From: Camelus ferus
Lineage: Eukaryota
Reading direction: 5' to 3'
Assembly: GCF_009834535.1 (NCBI RefSeq)
Contig: NC_045697.1
Location: 15,068,001 to 15,132,000 of the forward strand
Length of the DNA: 64,000 nucleotides
The position numbers and the translations under genes are program-made. Positions 27,171 through 39,882 of this stretch are shown one piece after another. The first letter of the stretch is position 1; each line of letters begins with the position of its first letter. The notes below the pieces were generated by a model. The model did not search any database. It was not told the origin of the DNA and saw only the letters and a program-made list of their open reading frames with translations.

Positions 27171-29376
27171 AGAGATACACACAAGAGACTAAAGAATGGC
27201 ATTCATACCATAAATGTAAGTCGTGTTCCTTCATCTAGCTATGCCGTCTATAACACACTGTGGATTAATTTTTAAAATATACAGGCTGTGAAGATTTTGT
27301 GCATTAGACCAACTTTATTGCATCGTTTTTGTGTTAAAAATTTTATTTCGTTCCATATGTGGTTTCAAAATTATCACAATAATTTTTGTGACCTTATTTG
27401 GTACTTTAATTTTTAATATTCCAAGAGTCCAAAAAAAAGTAAACATGACTTAGCCTTCCAGACTTTGGAAGGTCCTGACTTAAACACACTGATGCTAAAT
27501 TCCTTCTTCTATAGCTGGCTATTAATGGCTCCCATATAGTAATTTTTGGTGAAGATGAAATAAAATAGTATATATAAAGGACCAGCACAGTGACTGGCAC
27601 ACAGTGAGCCCTCAGTCAATTACCATTATTGTTATTTTTCAGAAAGGGAAAATCATTCTGAAAAACTTACTACTGGTTCTCTGATTAGCCAGTGTACTGT
27701 CAAAATTCAGGTAAGAGATCTTAAGTGAAATTTTTATGAACTTCTGTAGTACTCTCTCATGTCCAGAACCTCTCTGGGTAAGATAGAAGATTTGCTCTCG
27801 TTAACCCTCCTTTTCACTCAAAAGTCAGGGATAGTGGGCAGAGAATTCATAGAAGACAAATGTGTAGGTGAAAATATTGTAGTAAGTGGTACGTAGTTAT
27901 GAACCGAACTCTCAAATAAAACTACAAACTTGGAAAGAAGTAAGGAAAAGCTGAGGAATGGTCACTACTCCTTTTTCCATCAACCCCCTGCTCCCCGTGT
28001 TTTAAACAAACATACATGCATTTTTTGTAGAAGCTTATTGACATGAAAGCCAAAAACATGTCGTGGCTCAAAGAAGAATTGCAGATATGGAAATTTAAAA
28101 GGGAGCATCCACTAGGAAAACAGGCACATGGCCAGATGGCCCTTCATACAATGGAAATTCTTTTAAGAGCAATATGAGGTGTTGTTTGCAGTGGGCAAGG
28201 AGGTAACTCATAAAGGCATATCAGCCATTTAGCAAAACCTGTGCAAGGATGCCAAACTATGACGGATGCAGAAGACCCTCAGTTACCCAGGTCTTTATTT
28301 CCCGCTTGCAGGCTCAGCTGCAGCAAACTATATATATCCCTCGAGGTCCTCATCCATCCCTGGACCATACATGGAGTTCCTTTTGGTCTTTTGTCATTTT
28401 CAATTGTTGTAGATCGAGGAGGGTAAAAGCCAATTTTAAGTATTAGCTGTAGTAAAACACAGATAAAAGATAAGTTTATTAAAATTTACATAGTAAAAGA
28501 CTTAAATACTATCAAAAAAAATCATTGACAAAAACCTCTTTATTTTCTCTGACCGCCATTTTGCTCCAAGCATTTCTCTAACTGCGCTGCTTTTGTTCCT
28601 GTCAATAGAAGAATACTACAGTCTTCTCAAATATTCTATTGGAGCCAAAATAAGAGATTACTTTTCAAAGGGAATGCATAAAAATAAAATTGGAATGTCT
28701 CAGCTTTGTTACTTTTTTTAAGATGAGAGCATAATGTGCTGAGGTAACACTGCCTTTCTCTGATTCAGAGGAACAGCTTGACGACGAGATAGATGGTACT
28801 TTGTCCATGATAACTTTTGTCTTCTCTGTGTCATCAATTGAGCTGGATCTTTACCTCATTAGAACATTTGCAAATGCATCACTGCAACGGATCATCTCTC
28901 CACATTATTCTATCCATTATCTGTAGAGCAGGTTCATCCAATTTCCCCAGCAGTTTATGAGAAAAACAAATAAAAGAAGGCCTACTTTCCCATATATCAG
29001 TGTAATTTATGCCAATGTTAGAGCCTAAGTATTTGTATTTTCTCTGGCTTTTCTATTTGCTTAACATATGAAGTAGCAAAGTTAATATTCTTCAGAAAAA
29101 CTGCTCTGGTCTCTACTGATTTGAACATAAAGTTCAAAAGGAGATGGTATCTTATAAAGACTCTAAGCTTACTGCATTAAATTAACCATACTAATCTCTG
29201 TGTTTCACATGGCACTTCCTCAGAGCAGTTTTACAGACATTACTTGAAAATGCTGAAGCTGTCTTTTATATAAAAAAAACAATAATGAGACCTTCCTTCC
29301 AATGTCCCATGGAATGAAGAGATGGTAGGACATGAAAAGGAAAAGCTGCAGAAAGTTTGCATGGTTTCATGGACCT

Positions 29377-29710
29377 GTCTTAGCCAATCTGAGATGCTAC
29401 AACAAAATACCACAGAATGGGTGGCTGATAAACCATAAACATTTTATTTCTCAGTTCTGGAGGCTGGGAAATCCGAGATTTGGTGTTGGCAGATTCGGTG
29501 TGGCGACCAGCAAGGGCTCACTTCCTGGTTCACAGACGGTGCTTCACATGGAAAGGGTTAGGAGCTCTGCATGGTCTCCTTTATGAGGGTGTTAATTTCA
29601 CACCCTCAAGATCTAGACATCTTCCAAGGCTCCACCTCTTAATGCCATCACATTGGTCATTAGGGTTTGAACATAAATTAGGCAGAGACACAAACATTCA
29701 GACCTTAGCA
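29377..29710 (-). mobile_element. MaLR solo LTR (MLT1A-like)
   Basis: tgtcttag...aacaaaataccacagaatgggtggct...tttatttctcagttctggaggctggga...acaaacattcagaccttagca. Confidence 0.85.
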
Positions 29711-31675
29711 AGCCCTTCATGAAATTCTTGCTCATCTCACTTTTCACACTTGTCCGTGGGGACACTACACATTTCTCTGCAGCCTTAACCATCTCTACTC
29801 TTGATTGCACATATTCCATAACTCAGAAACCACCTATTGGAAATCTCCTGTATGCTCTGCTAGGACTAAAGACATAGTTTGTAATCACTAGCCTTGCTGG
29901 GCTTCTGGTCCTGGTCTTGGGGCTGAGGTGCATGAGGGAGGACCCTGGAGAAAGAGCCAAGCTAGAATACCACAACAGCACTATGAAAAGAGTAGATTTT
30001 ATGTTTCTGTACTAAAATTTCAAATCCATGATGATTGCCTATGTGCACAGCACAGGTAAGTGCTATTCCACCAAAAGATGAGATGACAATTACTGCTTCC
30101 TTATTCCATAAATTGATAGTCTCCACGATGGGTGTGGGAAGAAAACATTATTAAATATTAGTCAATAAAGCTTATATTTATTTTTAAGAGAGAATTAAGC
30201 TGCACTAACTCTTAGTGGGCACATTGACTGCATGTCACTAAAATGCAGAAGTACCCGACAGGAGAGAAAATTCGATAGTGGCACAGAATGGGCAGTCAGG
30301 CACCATCACACAGAAATTCACACTCAACATACTGCAAGGTCTTCTAGTTCGTGTATGTCTGGTTAGGTAGCTTTATATAGCACACTACTGGGCGTTACTC
30401 CATTCCAATTCCCACTCACAAAAGAGATAACAGAAATAAATGATTCGTAAAAAGAAGGCTTGGGTTGCAAACAATACTCATAACGCACATCCAAGACACG
30501 AACATGGCAGAGGTGACTCTTCTGCTCCTTGGCGAGACCTCGATTTCAATCAGATAGCAGGTCAAGGAGATGACATACTCAGATCAGACATGAGTGCCTA
30601 GTAATGTGAAATTGTCAAGATGCAGTGGATATCAGAGTTACATTCTGTTTCTTAAAAATGAACTGCACCTTAAATACATTATGTGGACTTTGAATAACTG
30701 CTGTGTGATGGCGGGGGGAAAGGGAAAATACATATTATGATACAGTAAATGGAAGCTATGATGTGCTTTCATTTTGATGTGAGAAATTTTTTAATTGTTA
30801 AAAGCAAGCATACAATATAGTGAACTTAAAACTAAGCTTGTAACTAAAATATAGGAAAAACAACAAAACAACATCAAGATTTTCAAAAATAATTAAGAAG
30901 GTATAATTATATTATTCTCACTAAAGTTATTATAAATATCCTGCTATTATAATATCTGAAGAAATACCATAATGATATACATATTATTCTAACATTTTAA
31001 TAAGAGCAAGAAAGTTGAGTTTTGTTAATTAAAATATTAAAATATTTAATATCATCTCAATATTTTACATTTTAATTTTTATATGTTTTATAATATACAC
31101 AATGTTTTAGTAGATTAGTTATATGTATAATAAACAAACACACAAATTCAGGAGTATGTTTTGTATCTATTTCTACACTTTTTTTGTTAACTTGTAAGGC
31201 AGATAATCAACAGTACCACTATGGTTGACCACAGTGAACCACTTCAGACATGAGTCAGTGGGCGTCCCACTGTTTCCATATGGTGAAAGAAGAATGAGCC
31301 TGGAAAAATATAATAATAAATAACCTATTTTGAAAGGCCAGGTGGTTACATGGTCATTTTTGTCAAAACACACCTAAAATGAATCAAAGGACAATGTAAC
31401 TAAAGATATCACCTTTCAAGGTGCGCAGTGCTGGTTCTAAAATATTAAGCAAAAGCATGGTCGAAATAACACCCTTTTCTGAGGAATCTGTCTGGGCCTA
31501 CTAACCTCTGACAGCCGAAGAAGAACGTGTTTCTGACCAATACAGTGAGCAGATAGCAGAGGGGGAGCTTTAGAAAGTCTGCTAATCTGGTTTGATTTGG
31601 GAGCTAATTTCAAGTCTAGACTAATAAACTCTTTTTTTTTTTCATACACATACATATATATTTCTCTCCCCCCCC

Positions 31676-31726
31676 CACACAAACACACACACACACCACA
31701 CACACAACACACACACACACACACAC

Positions 31727-31761
<35 letters not shown>
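31676..31761. repeat. Interrupted (CA)n microsatellite followed by a GA-rich purine tract to about 31812
   Basis: Direct observation. Confidence 0.95.
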
Positions 31762-31764
<3 letters not shown>

Positions 31765-31899
31765 GAGATAGAGAGAGGGAAAGAGTGGTGGGGGGAGGGA
31801 AGGAGAGAGAGACCCATTTTGCTTAAGCACCTGCTTTATGTCAAGAGTTTTTTTTTTCTTTTTATGTCATCATCCCACATGAATCCCTTAACAAACACT

Positions 31900-32120
31900 C
31901 ATGTAATGCTTACTATGAAGCAAGCATGGTTTAAGGCATTTTCTATTATTAGCCACTTAATTCTCATAATAGCATTATGAGATAAAGGCTATTACTGTTC
32001 CCATTTTACAGATGAAGAAACTGAGGCACAGAGACATTAAATTTTGTAACTGGTTACAAAAACAGATTTTGAATTTAGGCAGTCTGGCCCAGGGTCCATA
32101 TTCCTGCCCATTATGCTGTT
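31900..32120 (-). mobile_element. MIR SINE
   Basis: cccattttacagatgaagaaactgaggcacagaga core. Confidence 0.85.
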
Positions 32121-34252
32121 TACTGAGGAAGAAACCAAGTCCAAGAGAGGTTAACATTGTTACATTTTTATGGGACTTATTTTCACTCCATTACCCTAAT
32201 CTCACCACTATTCTTTTGCTAAATATGGACCTTTTCATAAACATGAACCCCAAGTTGAAAAGCATTCAGGGTGCAATCTCTTGCCCTTTTTTGTTCTATG
32301 CTATGGAAAAAGGATCTATTTGGGTAAAGACGGAGATTTTCAAAGTAAAACCTATGAGCAGAAGAGTCACCTCTGCCTGTTCTTGTCCAGGGCGCGCACT
32401 GCCAGTGTTGTCTGTAATCCAGGGTTTCTTTTTAGGGATAATTTATTATAACTCAGAAGATACTAAACTTTTCATGACAATCTTACTTTAAATAATTTTT
32501 ATTTCAAATATGTCTTCTAATCTTCCATGACAGGATCTGTCTATGCTGAAATATTTGTTAGTTTTCTGCAGAAAATATGCATGACTGATAAAGACTCCAA
32601 TTTTTTTCATTGATAGTAAAATAAATTATCTTCACTTAGGATTTGCAACCAAGCTGAACAAGGCATACATCTGAAATGATGAAACTGTAACACATCGTAT
32701 ATATTAGTTAATGCTGAAATAGAACTTCCATTAAACTTGAAGAATAAAATCAATCACACTTAACTTAAATTTTTGCACCTCAACCCCATCTGATCAAATG
32801 ATAAGTAGACAGATTCTTATGAATGAAAAGTTGTTTTTTTTTTTTTAATTTAGTAGCTTGTTACGTTTGCCACTGTTTTAATCATTTTTTTCTTTTAATA
32901 AAAATGGGTTACTCAGTGCCATTTTGTTTCTACTCTGCTTCTTACAGGTCATATTCAGAGTTGACTGAGCACCATAAGTGTTCAACAGACTTTGATTTTA
33001 TTTTTGTCACATGCCTCATAAAACTAATTTAGAAACCACAAAATGTGTCACAAAGATACAGAAATATGAACAGTCAGAGCTTACTGAATTTCCCAAATCT
33101 AAAAAGAATGGCTGGCTGTGAAGACAAGCAAATATTTTTCAAGTACAGCCAGCCACGTCTGAGGAGAATCTAGCCGACTCTAAACTGCCATGAGCGATAC
33201 CAGGCCAATTTTTCAGAAACCTATAGCCTGTTTTTTGGAGGACTGTTCCTCTCGCATGGGTGCCTGATACAATTCCCTTCACAAGGTGATTTGGGCCTGC
33301 TTTAGAATTACAATGGAGGCCAAGTAGCTTTGTAGACAGTTCCCACCATTGGCTCATTTAGAGTTATTTTCTATATTCCTATATTTTCTCAGCTTCACAG
33401 AACCTTCAGCACATTTCAACTGTCAGCAGAATCTAGTTTTCCTCTTGGCTATATACTTCATCATTTTTCTCTTGCTATCAATGGATTTATATGATTTATG
33501 GATCCCCTTCTGCTAACATAGCTCAGGAGCAGGGGTGTTACCATGCTTTGAGCTCTACACAAAGTACCAGCCTGGTACCTATGCTGCAACGCACATTTTG
33601 GGTGGGAGGGGCAGGAAAAAACCCAAATAGCTTACAAGGGTAAGCATTCATTTTAAACGTCTAATGATTCCCAGGGAAAAAGTTAGATACTTATGAAATT
33701 GAATGATGCCCTAGTAATGCCCCTCTTACTAAGATCAGACTTCAAGCAAACACATTCCCTTGGAGCCCAGTCCTGAATTTGAAGTAAATAAAATACATTC
33801 TCCTGGATGTACTAAGAACCCTGCAGTACAGCCCTGTACTTCACAGACTTTCTCTAAGAGCTTGATTGACACTTACTTGGCATGCAAAGCAGGGATACGA
33901 TACGAGAGATCTGATTTAAGACACTTTCTCTGTAGCACATCTGCCCTGTGATCCCTCCTTAACCTCTGCCAATTGTGGTTTCCTCCCTTGAGAAGAAGAC
34001 TGAAAGCACCCATTCCTAGAACTGCTGGGGACTTTAACCAGAAGTCCGTAACCTTCTGATCACATTTTACTTATCACTTGAGGAGAAAAAAAAAGGTCAG
34101 TGTATATTAAATACACGTTTTGTTTTTAAGTGCCTAGCATATATTTGTTGGTAAGTACATTTGTTTTGTAATTTATTTCTGTCTTGTTCTTATACCGCAA
34201 GGATCCTTTAAAGGTTAGAGGGAGGGGTAGGTGACTTTTGGGACAACAACAA

Positions 34253-34725
34253 TGTCCCAGCTATCTATCACTATGTGACGAACTGCCCTTAAATTTAGTG
34301 GATTAAAACAGTAAACATTTATTGCGCAATTTCTAGTGGGTCAGGAGTTTGGAAGTAGAGTCATTGGGTGGTTCTGGCCTAGGGTCTTTCACAAGGTTGC
34401 AGTCAAGACATAGGGCTGCAGGCATTTGAAGTTCTGACGAAGCCAAAGGCCCTGCTTCCACGACGGTGCACTAACATGGTTACCGACAGGAGGCCTCACC
34501 TCCTCACCGCATGTATTTTTCCACAGACTGGCCTCATTGCATGGCCACTGGCTTCCCGGAGTGATCCAACAGAGCCTGAGAGTGATGTCAATGAAAGGCA
34601 CAGTATCTTTTATAACCTAATCTTGTGACATACCATCATGTCTTCTGTATTTTAATGGTCACACAGATCAACCCTGGTACATGATGGGAGGGGACGACTT
34701 GAGGTGGGGAATCACTGGAGGCCAG
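34253..34725 (-). mobile_element. MaLR LTR (MLT1F/G/H-like)
   Basis: tgtcccagctatctatc...aaatttagtggattaaaaca...gtgggtcaggagtttgg...ggtcacacagatcaaccctggtaca. Confidence 0.7.
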
Positions 34726-37700
34726 TAGCATTTACACAGCACCTCTCAAGTGGTAAAATGCTTTCCACAAATAAAACCAGTCTATGAAGTAGGAAATAAC
34801 AGAGTTTAAACTGCCTGCCTATGGCCACAATTACTGAGTATATACTCATATGACTCAGAAATGCATGTTATTCCACTTTATTTTCTTTAATCCTCTTGGT
34901 TCCCTTAGTTGATTAAGATTACCAACTTCCATTCTGACACCAACTAGCTTAATCTTGAATAAATTGTAATAGTTACAGAATTTATTTTTAATAATCAAAA
35001 ATATAAATAAAATACAGTGCTTAATAATGACATAAAGTTAATTCAAATAGATTGTAATAATAAGAATCTTTTTAAAAACAGAAGATCCAAAAAAAAAAAA
35101 AAGAGAGAGAGAGAGAAAACTCTCTATTTAATATAACAATATAATTGGACTTTATTCCAAACCCTACATTCTAAAAATTTAGCTTATACATCCGGGAAAA
35201 AATTTTAAAACATGTAAACATTTCCTATTTGAGAAGTGTCATTCAATTTACTATCTTTAAAACCATCATTCTAATCTTGAGTTAGCAATTAGTATAATAC
35301 TGATGAACTGTACATACTGAACAAGCTAATGATAATGGGTAATGAACTACATCCCTATGTTATTCCAAGTAAATAGCCAATTTTAGTTTTATTTTTAAAC
35401 AGCTGATTTCAGCATAAGTATTAAACACCATCTAATCATTATTTAGCCCATCATTTCTGCTTGACTGACTTGTAGTCAATGTTACTGAAGAACTAGTTGA
35501 AGTTTTCATGGAAGTTAACTGACAAATTACTGTACACATGCTTTTATACATGGTTTTAAAAATCCCAACTCATTTTCAGACTCAAAGACACCAGCATATT
35601 CTTATGTCTTGCAGGGATTGTTTGAAAGCAGAAATGAAGATAAAATTGTGTCCTATCTGCAGACTCAATCTTTTAAACACTCTAGCATTAAAAATTCTAC
35701 CAAAAAATCAGATTTAGAATGAAGGATAGTAACGACTTGTCAGCAAAGTTAATGTAATGCTTAACAGCTTTTTGTTAAATCTTTTCTTAGAGTAAAAACC
35801 AGAAACGTGGCGCTGGCGGACATGGAAGTTCACGGAGCAGGCAAGAACCAGTGTATGTGTGCGTGGGTCTGTGTTTGCAAACCCAGGCACTTCTCTCCCT
35901 CTTCTACAGGGTCATGGGTGTGGGCTTTCTCTGTATCTAATTCAAATGAGCTTTCTGGAAGGTTAAACTGATCTGTATACTTCTGAGTAAAGGCAACTTT
36001 GAAGTAGTAATAGTGCACTGTGATTATTGGGGCAATTTAGTCCCTAATGGTTATGATGAGTGGGTAATGTTCCTTAATTGTTTTGAATATTACATCTTAA
36101 AGACAGCAGTATTATCACTTTTGCAAATTATTTTAGAGCTAGAGCCGCAGTACACTTAGCTGTTTCCAAATGTAATCTTCTTTATCGTTCCTTTGAGAAA
36201 TGAAGCTTGGATTGAGTACCCCCACCTAATAAATCAAAAACTAGAACATGTCTTCTGGCTCTTATTCCAGGGGCTTCCATCCTATACGGTACCACTTGCA
36301 TCTCCAGATACGATAGCCTTGGTCAGGTCTAGAGAAATGTCTCTGAAACTCGGTCGTCTGTGGACCCCACTCAGGGTTATGCAGCATCTGTGTCCCACCT
36401 ACCACCTCCTTCACAAGTTCTATTATATCTGTGTAGCCTCTGCATTGATGTTTTAAAAATAAATCAGTTTTGGTTAAATAAATGTATTTTAAAATACAAA
36501 TTTGATTCTCATAAACATTTATTATTTTGCCATAAATGGAAGAAAATCATAAAAATACATTCTAAACAAAATGAGGGTATGTTCTCAAAGTTTAGATTTA
36601 TCCTCTTGTCTTGCTCTTGTGTCAAAACTGGACAGTTACAGGGTATTGTGTGGTGATAAAGATATATTTACAGTAAATGAAGGACGTCCACTGATGCCAT
36701 CAAAAGGCCAAAAGAAAACATAAAAGGGCTACTTCCTCAGTATGGGATCCAACTGCTCTTTAATGCCAAGTTTGAGCGTCACATAAAGTCAGCTTACCTC
36801 TACCAATGTGAGCATCACACACCGGAGGGCTTGTAATCTGGACTCCACAGAAGGAGAAAGGCATTATTAGCCTGAGAACTGGGTTCTAGCCTGAGCATGG
36901 CCACCAAATTGTCAGGTAAATCTAGTCCAAGAACAAAGATATACTGAGATGACCATGCCAAGCATCATGGCACTCAATGAACTAGGCCTCCTGAGGACTT
37001 GGGTTCCTTTGCAAAATGATAGGAGTGGGTTGAAAAGGCAATGCCTCTCATTTCTAGGCTCTGAGCTCACTGTCTTCACCATCTCTTTTCATTATCAACG
37101 TTTGTGACAATTTCAGCTGTTAGTTCTCATAGTTAGGGAACTTCTGAGACATAGTAAGAATCCTCCTTTTAACAAAGATAAGCCAGAGAATATAAAATGA
37201 GTTTTATCATCTCCCTAACTCAATTATCTGTCTGTAAATGTAGGAGTGGCATTTCCAAAGTCACATCATAAGTTATCCTTAAACCTTGTCCAGAAATGAC
37301 TTTTCTATTGGAAATCTTAGTGAGGACACTCAATCTCCTCTCTGTTCTTGGTAAAGCATGATTATTTTTAGATAAGCAAGAGATCCTGCTTTCCCCTCCT
37401 CATTGCAGCAGAGATATTTCATGCTTCTTTTAACTGGTCCGAATTCAGAACACAGCTATATCTGAAAGACTCTGTCAACAGAAATATATTCATTCAAGGA
37501 GCGTTGTACTCCTTCATACATAAATAAATCATCTCTGAGTCTGAGGTCTATTTTATGCTATGTGACTCTTTCTTTCTTAAAGATTTATAAGATTTTAGTC
37601 CACTCTGTCCTTCCTATATTTGGAGTGTTTTGCGTTTTAGCCTTACTTATGATCACTTGCATTTGGAAAGACAGGACTGTTTTAAAGTTGGAAAATACAT

Positions 37701-38733
37701 GTTACCAAGCAAACTTGTATAACTTGGGATCTGATATGTGAGATACTGAGTATTTCTTTAAATATTCCAGCTATGATTATATAATTAATACTGCAATCAC
37801 ACTTTATAACAAAAAAGGGTTATTTTTTAAGGAAAAAGCAAAATTCTCTGTGAATGTAAACAATTGAGATGATTTAAGGAAATCATAAAATTGAGTTAAA
37901 TGTCTTTTCCATCCACCAGTCTTCCAAAATACATATTGGAAAAAACATGACTCAAGTATCTTTGCAAAGATAACGGATATCTATAGAAGTACTTTAAAAC
38001 TAAGGCTGAGGATATAGATTATAAAAGTAGCTCACAGAGCAGAACAGAAATGCCAAGTTAAAGATTTTTGCATTTGACCAATAAATGCTAATCAAATCAG
38101 CTGGAAATCCAGATTGGGAGTTCCTCGGGCCACTCATGGATGACTGATGGTCTTCATATTTCCAATATCACACACCCAAAGCCCTAAATTGTAAAAGGCA
38201 TCTGGCCTGATTCCGTTGAAGAACTCTATTTTAACTCAAAGTGCATATAATTAGAATACTAGTATTCTTGCACTTCAGGTTATTTTTAAAGTTGTTTGAA
38301 AACTGCTATATTATCACAGAAGGTTCCTCTCTGGCACAGAAAGTGGAAAAGCTGCTCAATGTGTTCAGTGTGCACTTGAATCTACCTTTTTATTGTCCTT
38401 GTCTCTCCATTTCCAGACCCACCAGGCCCTCTTGACTTTAGCATTGCAGTCAGTTCCCTGTCACCATCTCCTGCCAATCAGGCTTCCTAAAACATTGCTG
38501 GAGTGGTGGCACATCCCTGTTCCGAGGCCTGCAGGATACCCTGTTTCACTGCAGTGCACTCCAGCCCTACAAATTCTCCCCAGTCCACACTCCCAATCAT
38601 TTCTCCCATACAATCTGCTCCACTGCTGTCTAACTCCCACTGTGGCCCCCACTGCCACAATCCTAAGTGGAGCCGCCACCCTGTTTCCATCCCTGACCAC
38701 TTCCCTCCTGTTTCTGCCCCTAACCCTCTCTTG

Positions 38734-39047
38734 CAGGGGTCAGAGACTTATTCCAGAAGGCTCAGATGGTAAACATCTTAGGTTTTGCAGGCCTAGAAGT
38801 TTCCCCGACAACTACTCAGCTCTGCCGTTGAAAAGCAAAAACAGCCGTAGGTGTCACATGATGAATAAGCAAGATTTTGGACACTAAATTTGAATTTCAT
38901 TTAGTTTTCCTGGGTCATGAAATACTATTCTTCTTGTGATGTTTTTTCAATCACTTGACAATGTAGAAACAATTCTTAGTTAATGGACCATACAAGAACA
39001 GGCAAGGGGCTGGACTTGGTCCATGGGCTATAGTTTGCAGACTCCTA
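38734..39047 (+). mobile_element. MER58B-like hAT-Charlie transposon
   Basis: caggggtca...gatggtaaacatcttaggttttgcaggcc...tttgaatttcat...ggctggacttggtccatgggctatagtttgcagactcct. Confidence 0.85.
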
Positions 39048-39461
39048 CTCTACCGTACATCCCAAAAGAGCAGCCAGTGATTAGCATGATTGCATTTAAC
39101 TCCTGCGTAGACCCTTGCAACGGCTCTCAGTTTCACTCAGAGCAAATGTTCAGGCCTTCACCATGGCCTAATAAAGCCTTATACATTCTGGTCTTTTTTG
39201 TTCTCTGCCTTTATCTCCCATGACTCCAATGACTCCCTTTGGTTTTGCTCTGCTCCAGCTAACTAACCTGTTTTCTGTTCCCTGAACACACTGAACACAA
39301 GCCTGCCTGGAGCGGGGTGGTGTCTTTGCACTGGCTGGTCTCTCTGTCTGGAACTTGTTTACCCATATGTTTCCTCACCCTCTTGCTTGCATCAAGACTT
39401 TGATCTAACATAATTCTCTCAAGAAGTCTATCATGATCCCTTTATTTAAATTTTAACCACC

Positions 39462-39882
39462 TGTTAGGGGCTGGCTATGTTCTCCTAAAATTGATACACT
39501 GGAACCCTAGCCCCCAGCACTTCAGAACGTGACTGCATTTGTAGATAAGGTCTTCAAAGAGGTGATCCAGTTAAACAAGGCCATTACAGTGGTGGTGGTG
39601 GGGTGCCTAATACAGTCTGACTAGTATCTTTATAAAAAGAGGAAATTTGGACACATGGGAAGATCTCAGAGGCATGTCTTCACAGAGCAAAAACAGCCAT
39701 GTGAGGACACAGTGAGAAGGTGGCTATCTATAAGCCAAGGAGAGCATCCTCAAAAGAAACCAAATGTGCCAACACCTTGATCTTATCGCCTTCCAACCTC
39801 CAGAGCTGTGAGAAAATAAATTTGTTGTTTAAGGCATCAGATCTGTGGTATTTTGTTATAGAAGCTCCAGTAAGCTGACACA
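39462..39882 (+). mobile_element. MaLR solo LTR (MLT1B-like)
   Basis: cccccagcacttcagaacgtgactgcattt..gataaggtcttcaaagaggtgat...ccatgtgaggacac...ctgtgagaaaataaattt...ctgtggtattttgttata. Confidence 0.88.

Noticed and set aside
31437..32491. 126/127-aa and 159-aa ORFs
   Set aside because: They are created by the CA microsatellite and a MIR, and lack exon-like splice structure.
38393..38887. 164-aa ORF
   Set aside because: It spans L2 and MER58 sequence.
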